The position numbers were made by a program, and so were the translations under genes. 64,000 nucleotides of DNA, taken from IMG/VR virus record IMGVR_UViG_3300045790_000889. One strand, given 5' to 3'. Shown here in pieces: positions 1 through 12,200 of this stretch. The DNA is from an uncultured virus (IMG/VR IMGVR_UViG_3300045790_000889) (lineage: Duplodnaviria > Heunggongvirae > Uroviricota > Caudoviricetes). How positions within the stretch are numbered: the stretch's first letter is position 1; each line of letters starts with the position of its first letter. Below the pieces are notes generated by a model that worked only from the letters and a program-made list of their open reading frames with translations, searched no databases and was not told the origin of the DNA.

Positions 1-3000
1 ACTCCAGTTCCAAATAATCCATTCATCTATAACAAAGAACAAATTGTATCACTCGGATCAAAAATTAACTCGGCAGGTTCTTTCAATACTTCATTGGGAA
101 ATAGAATAACAATTGGGTACAATACTGGAATTGCGAATGATCAATCCCTATTCCCATTCATGAATCCGAGTACTGCTAACAATGTTACAGCAATAGGTAG
201 AGACTTACTTGCTTATAAAACATCTGATAGATCATTAATGATTGGTGCTAACAGTGTAGTTAAAAAAGAAGATACAACTTCAATTGGTAATAATAATCAG
301 TTAGATAAGCAATATACAATTGCCATTGGTAATGATAATTTATTACAAAAAGAAGATGCTCTCGCCATAGGCCAAAATATTATAATGAGAAGTAGCGCAC
401 AAGGTGCGGTTGGTGTTGGTAAAGAAGTTACTGTGCATGGGAAAAATGCTGTTGCGATGGGTAGAAATGTTCATGTGACAAGTGGTACTGGTGCGGTTGC
501 TATTGGCGCAGACGGTAAAGTAACTGGTACTGGTGGTGTTTTTGTTGGATCACAAGGTACTGCATCACAAAAATCAGTCGCGGTAGGTAGTTCTGTTTTT
601 GCTGGTAATCATGGCGTAGCAATTGGTAAAAATGTCAGAAGTTACGGTGCGCAAGGATCAATAGCATTAGGATATAATGCTTATTCTGGCAGCGGTGGAT
701 TTGCCATTGGTAATAATGTGGTTGGTAAGACAGGCGCAGTTATGGTTGGTCAAGGTAATAGTGGAGCCAACTATAGTACTATTTTCGGTCTTAATAGCAC
801 ATCTAAGACTGGTGGTGTTGCGATTGGTAGTTACGTTCAAAATACAGGTACTTATGCTGTTGCCATGGGCCGTTCAGTACAAGCGGCGGCGGGAACTGCT
901 GCTATGGGTATATATGTAAAAACTACAGGTGCAAGATCAGTTTCAATAGGTGGTGGTACTTCAGCATTACCCAATGTCGCAGCGCAAGATGCAGTATCTA
1001 TTGGTTACTCAAACATTGCTGGAAGCAAAACGGTAGTTATTGGTAAAAATAATACAATGCTTGCTGGAACAAGTTCTATTCCAGGCATTACTGTTGGAAC
1101 CGACAACACAAATAACTCTAAAGCAAATATTTACGGTTCTAATAACTCAGGTAATAGTTATGTTTCTGTATATGGTAGTGGTCAGTCTGGAGCCTCAACT
1201 AGCAGCACAAATACTCCTTCAACTGCGATGGTCTATGGTATAGGAAACACTATTACTGCAAATGGTGGTTTAGCGTTTGGTAAACAGAACATTGTTGAGT
1301 TAAATGGTTTAGCATTTGGTTCTTCAAATGATGTTCAAAAAGAAGGTTTAGCATTTGGTTATGACAATGAAGTAAATCTTGGTATTGGTAATGGTAATAC
1401 AACACATTCTATAGCATTTGGTAGAGGTAATGCTTCGGATACTGAAGCGATTGCGCTTGGTAGAAATAATGTTGCCACTCATGGTGCTATTGCAATCGGT
1501 AATACAGTTACCGCTACTGGGGCCACAGGAAACCAAGGTGGTATTGGTTTAGGTAGAAATATTACTGTATATGGTCAAAATGCTTTGGGATTAGGAACCA
1601 ATATTACAGTCGGTAGTGCAATAAATAGCGCAGCGAACAGTGTTGGTATTGGACTTGGAACAACAGCAACAACAGTATCTACTGATAATACTCTATCCAT
1701 TCAAGGTGGTCAAGTTGTAATTGAGCAAGATGAAATTAATATTGTTCCAGCAACTGCTATACAATATAAAAGTGAGGCTGCATATGGTTCCTATGGTGAT
1801 GGTGGAACTGATATTTCATGTGAAAAAGTTAATGAAAATGGAAGGGCTGGAATTAAATATGCTCTTGAAGTAAATGGTCCAATAAATGTTAATGGAACTG
1901 ATGCTGCTGGTAATGAGCATGACTTCTATATGCAAGGTATGAGACTTTACAATTATATCAGATATGTTGCAGCGGATAGTGCTTGGATTTTGTCGGCGGC
2001 TGATCAAGAGTATGTTGAAGGTATAATTAATAAAGAATATCTCAGAACAACATGCACTAATGATACATTCTTCCAAAAAAGTCCAAGTGGTGGAGCATCA
2101 CATCTTGTATATAAAGGCGCGAATGACTTTGAGTTTGTTGGTATTAATTTAGATAATACTACAGCAACTAAAACTCCTGGTTATTTGAGATATGGTCCAG
2201 ACGCTGAAGGTGTGTATAAGAGTAACGTAAATTATACACTAGATGTTAATGGTAATGTTAACCTTGAAGGATTAACATATCAAGGTGATGTTATTCTACC
2301 AACTGGTGGACTTGATAGTAACATCTATCTAAATCATTATACTAATCAAATTTATTATCAAATTACACCAGATTCAGCAACTGCATTCTTTGATAGTGCG
2401 TATGTAGCAGACAGATACTCTTTTGGTTCTAATCCATCTGGTGCGGACTCTATTGCGATCATTAATATGGTTGATGAAGACTTTATTAATGAACTTGTTC
2501 GCCCTGTTTGGCCTGATTCTGCCTATATTGATGGTAAACTTGATAGTGTTGTTGGTGGAGATATTATAGCATTTAGAGTTAAGCACATTCTTTCTGCTAA
2601 GTATGGCGATTTAACCACTCTTGAAAAGGCTCTTGGTCGCGGTGAAGCCCAATTTACAAACCCAACTGGGTTTGAGGCCACATATGGTACTAAAGTTGGC
2701 ATTGGTAAAATAACTTATAGTCATTGGGATTCTAATCCATCAAGAGTCGGTGTTCAAACACAACTTAGAACTAGTGGTGTAACTGGGGTAACTGCTGGAC
2801 AAGAAGCAATTGAAACATTAGGTCCAACTATAGGAAATTTAACTACTGGTATGGGTCTTGCTGTTGGTGGTAAAGTTGTTATACATGGTACACAAGAACC
2901 CATTACAGGCGCAACGGAACTGCCAGCGTTAGAAATTTTCAATGGTCATATTGAAGTAAATGGTGAAAAATTAGTTCTGGAAACTCCTTGGGATGAAGGT

Positions 3001-6000
3001 GCATCATACACCACATACAAGTCTCCAAATAAATTTATTGGTATAGGTAAAATTTCTCCAAGTTTTCACTTTGATGTTAATGGAAAAATAAATGCTGATA
3101 GTGGTCTCTTTGTTGATGGTACTAATATAAAAGACATTTATGACTCGGATTGGGTAAAAACCACAGTAACTGAAGATTATATAAAAACTGACTTGAATGT
3201 TGATAGTGCTTATATTATGTCAACTCACAAAGCAGTGGGAGATATAATTCCAGCCTTAGATACAGTATATGATTTAGGATCACCTACTGAAAGATTTAGA
3301 GATATATATCTAAGTGGAAACTCAATTTCACTTGGGGAAGTTATAATATCTTCTAATGCAAGTGGTTTGGAACTTTCTGATAGTGCTGGAAATCTTTTAA
3401 AGTTTGGTGGAATAGATTCAGACGCCATCGCGCATTTCATTGACAGTTCTTATGTCCAACTTCGCGCTGACTCTAATTGGATATTCTCGGCAGTTACTCA
3501 AGAATATGTAAGATCAAATGCAGATTCAAATTATATAAAAAGTTTCATTAACAGTTCGTATGTATTTAATATTACAGATACAAAATATGATAGTGCGCTC
3601 TTCCTCTCAGCAGCGGATTCAGATTATGTAAAAACTGTGGCATCGTCTGATTATGTCTTAGGAATTGCAGACTCAAATTATGTGAAAAGTGTGGCATCGT
3701 CTGCTTACGTCTTAGGAATTGCAGATTCAAATAATGTAAAAACTTTCATTAATAGTTCGTATGTCTTAGGACTTGCAGACTCTAATTATCTTAAAGTTAG
3801 TATAGATTCTTCCTATATTAAAGGCTTCATAACTCCTGCATATGTGAAAAATGCTAATGATGTTGATTCCGCATTTATTAAAGGAATTGCAGATTCAAGT
3901 CACATTCAATCGGCAGTAGATTCTAGTTATATTAAAACTTATATAGATTCATCTTATGTCAAAGAGTTCGCAGATTCAAATTATGTGAAAAGTTTTATTG
4001 ATAATACATATGTATTGAATATTACAGATACAAAATATGACAGTGCGTTCATTTTATCGGCAGCGGATTCTGCATATGTAACAACTGTTATTGATGCTAA
4101 ACTAGCAGCAACTGGACATATTCTTCCAGAATTGGATAGTGCCTTTGATATTGGTTCACCTACCAAGAAATTTAAAGATTTATATTTAAGTGGTAGTACA
4201 ATAAACATAGGTAACACTAGAATAACGGCTGCTCCTGCTGGACTAAAAATTACAGATAATGTTGGTAATGACGCTAAAGTTCTGGGAATAGATTCAGATG
4301 CTATTTTGGGATTTGTTGATAGTGCTTATGTTGATCTCAGAGTACCGTTTAATAAAGTAACAATCCCGCATATTCTAGGTATTGCAGATTCAGATTATGT
4401 AAAGACTGTGGCATCTTCGGCTTACGTCTTAGGTATTGCAGACTCAAATCACATAAAAACTCATGCAGACTCAAATTATGTGAAAACTTTCATTGATAAT
4501 GAATATGTTAAAGGTATAGCAGATAGTGGATATATACAAGGATTTATTTCTACTCCTTACATTAGAGGTATAATAGACTCAGCACATATTAATCCAATTA
4601 CTGGTATTGGAACTAGAGATGTTGACTTTGGTGGCAATACGATTTACTATAATAATACTTTTGCATTCACTAATCAATTACCAAGTGCGACAACATATAA
4701 AGGTATGGTTGTATATGATAACCAAGCACAACTTCCGAAAATTGCTGTTGGTGCTGATTGGCATGAATTAGCGAGAACTTCAGATATAAGAGCAATCGCT
4801 GATAGTGCGGTGGCAACATTAGTGGCTTCAGCACCTGCTGCATTGGATACGCTCAATGAATTGGCGGCGGCGATGGGAGATGATGCAAATTTCTCCACTA
4901 CTTTAACAAATAGTATTGCTGCTAAATTACCTCTTTCTGGTGGCACTATGACAGGTGCGATTGATATGGGTAGTAATAATATTACTACCACTGGAAAAAT
5001 GCTTTACTCAAATGTATATTCGGCAGAAGGCGATTTGCCAAGTGCATCAACATATCATGGAATGTTTGCTCACGTTCATGGTACTGGAAAAGGTTACTTC
5101 GCTCACGCTGGAAATTGGGTAAAATTAGCAAACTTTGATGACATTTCATCTACTGTAGATAGTGCTTATGTTGCAGCAAGAACAAATGCTGGAACAGACA
5201 GTGCTTCAATCGTAAATATGATTGATAGTGCATATGTGCAAGCAAGACAAACTTCTGGTGGTGGCGGCGGTGGGCTTGATAGTTCACTTACCATTTCTCT
5301 AATTGACAGTGCTTATGTCTCAGCGAGATCAAGTGGAAGTACTGCATTTACATCATCTATTACATCTTATTATTATACAGCCACAGCAAATCAAACGGTA
5401 TTTACTGGTTCGGATAACAATAGTGCAACTCTTAGTTATGCTGTTAATTCAGTTACAGTATTCTTAAATGGTATAAATCTATTAAAAGGCACAGATTACA
5501 ATACTACTGACACATCTACAATTACACTTGTCACTGGTGCAAAAGTTGGTGATGAACTTGTTATTAACGCATTAAGTCAAATTAGTGCTAGTTCTGGTAC
5601 TATAAATGCTTCTGTAATTTCTGTAGTTGATAGTGCATATGTAGCGGCAAGAACAACTGCTGGAACAGACAGTGCATCTATTATTAATATGATTGATAGT
5701 GATTATGTTGCAGCAAGGTCAAGTAGTAGTGGTGGTGGATTAACAATTTCAGATAATCCTCCCGCATCACCAAGCGTAGGTTCCATGTGGTTTGATCCAG
5801 AAGCCCTTGAAACTTATGTTTACTATACTGATAGCGATAATACTTCTCAGTGGGTAAAATCTAACCCAACTGGAATAGGACTGTCTGCTGTTACTAGCAT
5901 TGTTGATAGTGATTATGTAGCGGCAAGAACAACTGCTGGCGCGGCAAATTGGACAGAAATCACTAGTACGCCAGTAACGGCAACTGCTAATCAAAGATTA

Positions 6001-6234
6001 ATTATTGATACGTCTACTACCAAGACTATTAATCTCCCAGTTTCGGCTAATTTGGGTGATGAAATTAGATTTATTGATGGAACTGGAAATGCAAACACTA
6101 ATAATATTACTATAAATAGAAACGGTCACAAAATAGAAGCAAGCGATTCTGACTTGACTGTTGATGTTGATCGGGCGGCGTTTGGGTTAGTATACTATAA
6201 TGCCACAAATGGTTGGTTATTTACGGAGAAATAA
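1..6234 (+). CDS. Giant tail-fibre/adhesin-like virion protein, 5'-truncated by the window; YadA/Hep-Hag-like head repeats followed by a DS-rich repetitive shaft
   Basis: Frame is open from base 1 (TPVPNNPF...), so the TTG at 94 is not the true start. Many xxAIG/xxVG repeats in the first ~540 aa. Two GxIxPxxDxxxDxGSPTxxFxDxYLSG modules, a SAPAALDTLNELAAA motif, and a C-terminal LPxSANLGDEIRFID...GWL module typical of T4-like fibre proteins. Confidence 0.75.
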   Translation, partial: TPVPNNPFIYNKEQIVSLGSKINSAGSFNTSLGNRITIGYNTGIANDQSLFPFMNPSTANNVTAIGRDLLAYKTSDRSLMIGANSVVKKEDTTSIGNNNQLDKQYTIAIGNDNLLQKEDALAIGQNIIMRSSAQGAVGVGKEVTVHGKNAVAMGRNVHVTSGTGAVAIGADGKVTGTGGVFVGSQGTASQKSVAVGSSVFAGNHGVAIGKNVRSYGAQGSIALGYNAYSGSGGFAIGNNVVGKTGAVMVGQGNSGANYSTIFGLNSTSKTGGVAIGSYVQNTGTYAVAMGRSVQAAAGTAAMGIYVKTTGARSVSIGGGTSALPNVAAQDAVSIGYSNIAGSKTVVIGKNNTMLAGTSSIPGITVGTDNTNNSKANIYGSNNSGNSYVSVYGSGQSGASTSSTNTPSTAMVYGIGNTITANGGLAFGKQNIVELNGLAFGSSNDVQKEGLAFGYDNEVNLGIGNGNTTHSIAFGRGNASDTEAIALGRNNVATHGAIAIGNTVTATGATGNQGGIGLGRNITVYGQNALGLGTNITVGSAINSAANSVGIGLGTTATTVSTDNTLSIQGGQVVIEQDEINIVPATAIQYKSEAAYGSYGDGGTDISCEKVNENGRAGIKYALEVNGPINVNGTDAAGNEHDFYMQGMRLYNYIRYVAADSAWILSAADQEYVEGIINKEYLRTTCTNDTFFQKSPSGGASHLVYKGANDFEFVGINLDNTTATKTPGYLRYGPDAEGVYKSNVNYTLDVNGNVNLEGLTYQGDVILPTGGLDSNIYLNHYTNQIYYQITPDSATAFFDSAYVADRYSFGSNPSGADSIAIINMVDEDFINELVRPVWPDSAYIDGKLDSVVGGDIIAFRVKHILSAKYGDLTTLEKALGRGEAQFTNPTGFEATYGTKVGIGKITYSHWDSNPSRVGVQTQLRTSGVTGVTAGQEAIETLGPTIGNLTTGMGLAVGGKVVIHGTQEPITGATELPALEIFNGHIEVNGEKLVLETPWDEGASYTTYKSPNKFIGIGKISPSFHFDVNGKINADSGLFVDGTNIKDIYDSDWVKTTVTEDYIKTDLNVDSAYIMSTHKAVGDIIPALDTVYDLGSPTERFRDIYLSGNSISLGEVIISSNASGLELSDSAGNLLKFGGIDSDAIAHFIDSSYVQLRADSNWIFSAVTQEYVRSNADSNYIKSFINSSYVFNITDTKYDSALFLSAADSDYVKTVASSDYVLGIADSNYVKSVASSAYVLGIADSNNVKTFINSSYVLGLADSNYLKVSIDSSYIKGFITPAYVKNANDVDSAFIKGIADSSHIQSAVDSSYIKTYIDSSYVKEFADSNYVKSFIDNTYVLNITDTKYDSAFILSAADSAYVTTVIDAKLAATGHILPELDSAFDIGSPTKKFKDLYLSGSTINIGNTRITAAPAGLKITDNVGNDAKVLGIDSDAILGFVDSAYVDLRVPFNKVTIPHILGIADSDYVKTVASSAYVLGIADSNHIKTHADSNYVKTFIDNEYVKGIADSGYIQGFISTPYIRGIIDSAHINPITGIGTRDVDFGGNTIYYNNTFAFTNQLPSATTYKGMVVYDNQAQLPKIAVGADWHELARTSDIRAIADSAVATLVASAPAALDTLNELAAAMGDDANFSTTLTNSIAAKLPLSGGTMTGAIDMGSNNITTTGKMLYSNVYSAEGDLPSASTYHGMFAHVHGTGKGYFAHAGNWVKLANFDDISSTVDSAYVAARTNAGTDSASIVNMIDSAYVQARQTSGGGGGGLDSSLTISLIDSAYVSARSSGSTAFTSSITSYYYTATANQTVFTGSDNNSATLSYAVNSVTVFLNGINLLKGTDYNTTDTSTITLVTGAKVGDELVINALSQISASSGTINASVISVVDSAYVAARTTAGTDSASIINMIDSDYVAARSSSSGGGLTISDNPPASPSVGSMWFDPEALETYVYYTDSDNTSQWVKSNPTGIGLSAVTSIVDSDYVAARTTAGAANWTEITSTPVTATANQRLIIDTSTTKTINLPVSANLGDEIRFIDGTGNANTNNITINRNGHKIEASDSDLTVDVDRAAFGLVYYNATNGWLFTEK
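3430..4590 (+). repeat. Degenerate tandem ~9-aa repeats (xxDSxYVKx) with longer DNA-level duplications
   Basis: Repeated gcagattcaaattatg-like units; ~100 nt near-duplicate blocks at ~3520-3620 and ~3970-4070, and ~3612-3730 and ~4383-4450. Confidence 0.85.
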
Positions 6235-9200
6235 ATGAGTAATATTCAAATATGTGATACAGAGGCCGACATATCTTCGGTTGATGTTGTTGAAGGTGAT
6301 GAGGCAGTAGTAAAAGAAAATAATGCTATCTACAGATTTTTTGATTTAAGTACCACATCATCATTTTCTTATGATTTTGATGATGGTACACATTTAAAAT
6401 TAGATAGTACATTTTTTGATTTTTTATCTCTTGGGGTAAGAGATTCTTTTAGTATAGAATTTTGGATGAATAAAAATACTGCTGATGATTTTTCAATATT
6501 TGATATAGCAAATCCAAGAGTTTCTTCTATTTTAGATTTTTCTTCAGATTCCCATACAATTACTCAATATGGTCGTACTCAAGCAGTTAAACATGGGCCA
6601 TACAAGAACGGAAGTAGTTCATTATTTTTTGATAGTAGTCTTGACTTTATTACTGTTGATAGTAGCCTTGATAGTATGGTACTATTTTCACCATTTACTA
6701 TTGAATTTTGGTATCGTAAAGAAAACTCTGCGACAAATGACACCGTTTTTGCTGTAATGGATAAATTTAAAGATATTTTGGTATTAGATGAAGAAGGAAT
6801 TATTGTAAATGGAGTTCAATATACCTCTACTGCTAGTAGTCTTGATGCAAAAACTTGGACGCATAATGCACTTACATTTGATGGGTTTAATTATGAATTA
6901 TGGAAGAACGGAGATTCTGTTGAATTAACTAGAACTCCTGATGATGGTGGAAGTGTTAAATATATTATTGATAGTGGTTTTATGAATATTTTTACTATGG
7001 ACAGAAAAGTTCCTTCTTCATGGGCTGTGCAAACAACAATGTCACCAACAGATAAAACTTTATTTTATATGGGTGGGGCGGTAAATAGAGTACAATTACA
7101 AACTATAAACTCTGGGGCCGATTTAAAATTATCAGCGGGTGGTGCTGATGGACCATCATTAATAGTTCCAGCACCAGCGGATACTGATATTCATACAATT
7201 TCTTGGGACGTAAACACTGATCCAGGAAGAGTTAGATTATGGATTGATAGTAATTATCAAGGTTCTAATTCTATTAATAAATCTTTACCTGCACGACAAT
7301 GGGCTTTAACTTCTTTTGAAGATTTAAGTAATGCAACATTTACAAATTCACCTTCAATGTTGGATTCATCCACTAGAAATAGATCGGATGGTGCTGAGAA
7401 TTATAATACCGACATATTTCCTTACAGTACATTGAATGATGAGCAAGATGGGTCTTGGAACTATTATTATGATTATCCTACTGTTCAAAAGTTAAGCAAA
7501 CTAGCATATACAAATGAAGATTGCACTGTTGACGGTGAACAAGATATAAGTAAAGTAACAAGACGCTCGGCCAATCTTCTGAACACCCGGTATAAATATT
7601 CCACTTCGCGGCTGAAACATGGGTATGCTGGATTCCCTCTTTGGTGTTTTAGTTCAGGTGGTGGGATGGGTGGAGATAATGCAGATGGGCGATTGGTAGC
7701 AAAATATACTATGGCGAATGCCGTTGGTGGTTATAGACCACAACATTTTTACGATAATTTAAACGCAAATATTCCCAGCGCGACAAAGCAAAATATTCCT
7801 GGATATACTCATGCAGATGGTTACACTCCTGCTTATGATATTAAACACAGGCAGCAATGGTGGAGTACTAGTCTTTATTGGCGGTGGATGCCGCAATTCC
7901 AAGGCTATCAGAATGTGGGGAACAATCGTTATTTTAGCGGTGGGACAAAGAACCGACTTGATGATGGGACCAAGGTAACCAATGGGTTTACATATAATCC
8001 AGAAGGGCGAGTGCAACTGTGGTACTTTGCTGCATATTATACGCATATTAATAAATATCCAGAAGCGTTTGATCTTGGATATAGAAGACCAGATCGTTGG
8101 TATACTGATGATTATTTACCACTCGCCGCCTACACCGGTGCTAACCAGACAGATGTTTCTGGTGCATATAAATCAGTAGATTTTCTTGCGGCACCAGCAT
8201 TACGAAATGAATGCAAGCCAGCACCTTTAGGATCAATTTTTCTGAGCGAAGATACTTCCCTTGGTAAAAACAACTCAATCAACCAAAACTCTTGGAGTGT
8301 CGTGCCTGCTAATTGGAATCGCGATGGTGTTGCGAAGGGTGATGCTAGTTATTTTAATAGTCTTGGATCTGGACTTAAATTTGGTGTAGAGGCTACATAT
8401 AAGGTTAAACAGACTGATGGAATGTCAGAAAATATTGGGCTAAAACAAGAAAAGTGGGCAGTTGATTTTATAAAAACGTGGCATGATAATAATAAAGGGC
8501 AGTATTTGCAATCTGGATCAACGCCGGGTCAAGCCGTAGGTGGATTAACAACATATTGGGGGGATAGATGGAATTCTAGTTTAGGAAGTGACTATGATCC
8601 TTGGACACACCAAGAAATAGTTGACTGTCTTACACCTGCATCAGTGGAACCAGCAGCGAATGGATCGGGCACCCGTCTCCCGCTTGATAAAACTTCCCAC
8701 GTAGGGGGGGATCGTGGTATTAGAGGAGATTTATTAGGTGGCGCGAGGGTTTTTTCTGCTGGAAATTATAGTTATATTGATAACGTATCAATACAAAAGG
8801 GCGGTACTAAAAGTTATTACATTGAAATAGACCCTGCTGATAATAGAAGCGGTCATCCTTCTGATTACACTGGTATGTGGTTTGCTCAAAAAGCGATATT
8901 CTATGGTCCAGAACTTGCCAAAACTAATACTCATAAATATAATAGAACAAATTGTCCAGTATATTTAACTCTTTTTGAAACATCTAAAATTGGTGTTCAC
9001 CCTTATATGTATACGGATGGGCAATTTGTTAGTGAAACATATGGGCAGGGGGCAAACTCTGGGATTGATGGCCTTTCATATCGTACCCTGAATGATAACT
9101 CAGGCGATATCAATGGGGGCGGCGCACAACTTTCCAGACCGATAGATAGATACTCTGGCAATGGGGCAGATGGTTCTACTGGTTCATGGTCTTCACTTAG

Positions 9201-12200
9201 AAGACACAGGGCAGTCCACCAATACGGTGATCACAGGTATGATGGAAATTATCTTGACCATCACATTACGCGCGGGATTTATAACTACAAACGCCCTTCT
9301 GGGAAGGGGGATATGGGGGATGGTTTTCCAACAGCCCCACATCCACAGGATTTTGGTTCAATTGCTCCTGATAAATTTGTTCCTAGAGGGGGATTAGGTG
9401 ACGATGGATTTGGTGCTTCAGCATATCAAACAGATATATACCCTATAGTTAAGGATTTTGGAAGTGAGCGTGTATCTTATATAATATCAGAACCAGACAG
9501 TAGAATTTATATATTCGCGAGTGCTGCATATGTCGGTTATGTAGATTTTCCTGAGAATGATGCTCCTTATAGTATTATGTTAAAAAAGGGAGAAAAGATT
9601 GCTACTACGGATGGAACTGGTAAGATTCCTGCCGTTAGCAATACGAGGGGTCAGAATCGTGGCTCTGGGTGGAATAATGATTATGGTGAAGGTACTTATA
9701 ATCAATTTAAAGTAATTAATAATATTCAACCATATATTAATACTCTTAAAAAAGACGCCCTAATAATTGATGGTGTATTCGGAGGTTTAGGTGGTGGTCG
9801 TTTAGGTACACATAAAAATGTGGGGGGTGTTATAACTAATATGGATTGGGTCAATGATGATTTGGAGATGCCTGATAGTCAAATACCTGAAAATCAATAT
9901 AACCGACAAGCCAGCGTGTTTGGTACTATTAGACCATCTCAATGGCCTGGACCCCCACATAGTTATCATATAAGTGGTCATCCAGATGGAGGAAAGATCG
10001 TACAACCAGATAATAGAGGAAAGAAATATGTATATATGTCAGCGGCGTTGGGGTATATGTATCAGCCCGTTGCTTATGGGGCAAGGTCGGCATCGCAGTA
10101 TCCAGGAACAACGGCTGATCCTGACGATAGGACTTTTAATTTTAGAATATTAAACCAAATGATGTTATCTATTGATGGTTCTCAAGGTTTAGCACCAGCA
10201 GAGTATCTTTCAATTGCTGGCCTAAGTTGGCCTTTCAGTGATTATCCATATTATATTGAAACCAGAAGCGCACAAAGAGATCAAGGGTATGGGTCAAATT
10301 ACCACAGAGCGCAGACATATACATCTCTAGCACTTTGTCACAAATTTAAAAGGGGAAGAATTTTTGACAATTTTGAACATAGAAAATGGTGTGTACATTC
10401 TCATTCAAAGGTCAGACTAGGTGCTAATTCATGGCAACTTGATCCAGTTGATTTAGTAGAAACTATTCCTTCTGCTGATAGAAATGCTTCAAGTTCTTCT
10501 GGAGATGGTGCATTTGGTATGGACTCTCTTGGTGATAGTTGGCAAGGAACTTTAAAATCTAATCTATTATATAGTCCTCAAATGTATAGTGATTTTAAAG
10601 ACTGTTCTATTACAATTGCTGAAGCGGTAAGAAGTAATAGGGGTGAACAAACAGGATTGCAATATGCGACAGACTATGTTGCTAAAACTGGAGGGTCTAT
10701 AGTACATTATTCTGGTGGTCAAAATACTGATATAAAAACTGCTTTGGGAGGATTATCTGAAGGTGATGCTTTAGTTCTACCTACTGGAAAATATGAAGTT
10801 TCGGCTTCACAAACTGGTACTCAAGACCATTATAAAACCAAGACTAGTATCTTTTTTGACGTAGGATTTTTAATTTGTGGTACAACAGATAATCCTAATG
10901 ATGTAGAATTGAAAATTAAAGTACATAGGATTTTTGATGAAGCAACTACATCAAATACTCAACTTGCATTTATGAATATCAAGAAAGCAGAATATCATTC
11001 TTACAACCCTGATATTATTTTTAAAAGCGCACATGGTATTGCGTTCAAATGCATTTTTGATTTTAATAATAAAGACATTGGGTGGAGAACATATCAATCA
11101 TCTAGCGATGCAGGATCATCAGCAAATATTATAAAATTTGAAGGATGCATATTTACAAACTATAAATCATGGTTAGTTCCAAATAGAAATAATTATTCGT
11201 CTTATAAAAACAGTAAAGTTAATGTTAATGAAATTATAATTAAAGATTGTATTTTTCAAAAAGATTTTGGACCAACATATGATTTACTTAATCCCACTAA
11301 TTCTCCAACATTTGAAGGAAAACTTTTAATAAATCAAGGTACGGTAGATGCAACTTTTACTACAGGAAATGCTATGTCAGAGTGGTACATAGATGATTAT
11401 GCAGCAGGTAGTAAATTTCGTTATATTAGAGATTTTATTATCCATGATAGTAATAAGTATCCGCTCAAATATACTATTGATTCAGCACCCACGATAAAAG
11501 ATGATAGTAGTACACATTTAATCTTAAATCCTCAAATTGTAGATACTGCACTTAGTTATAGCACTGATGGTGTTATAACACACGGCACGACAAAAGATAA
11601 ATTACATAATGTACCTTATACTTTAGGTAATTGGTTCTCCACATCTTTAAACTACAGTGGAGACTCTAACGTAATTAGAACTTATATAGATGGTATAAAG
11701 GTAGATAGTAGTTCAATAAATTTAGACATAAATTCTCTGATTAGTACAGATAATATCATGTTTAATAAAAAAGACTCTTGGAATCCTACTCTTGCAATTT
11801 ATGAAGATATATATGGAGATTTTCTGCTAAAAGAATTTCGTTTAACTAGAAACCAAAAAAGAAGTGGTGATTATGCTGCACAATTTTTAACAGAATTTGG
11901 GTTTGGAGACAAACTTACAAAAGAACCAGATGATGTTTTCCTAACGGCTCATGATGGCTCATCCATTTTAGCAAATGAAAATAGCCCATACACTGCTGAT
12001 GTTAAATCGTGGCGCAAAGTGGGTATTTTACCAAATGCTCTAGAAAGTGCTTATACTATATTAATTGATGATAATCCAAGTGAACAATATGGCACTGGAG
12101 TATTTGGTGAAGGTGCTAATATTGATTTCAAGATGCCTTTCAAAACCAATGGTGCGCCAACCGCTGATTGGCAATACACTAATGCAGATGTTGCACCAAG

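Noticed and set aside
3430..4590. Short repeats resembling a CRISPR array or DGR template
   Set aside because: They are in-frame, degenerate, protein-coding repeats with no constant repeat/unique spacer pattern. No cas or reverse transcriptase gene is present, and there is no adenine-specific variation.
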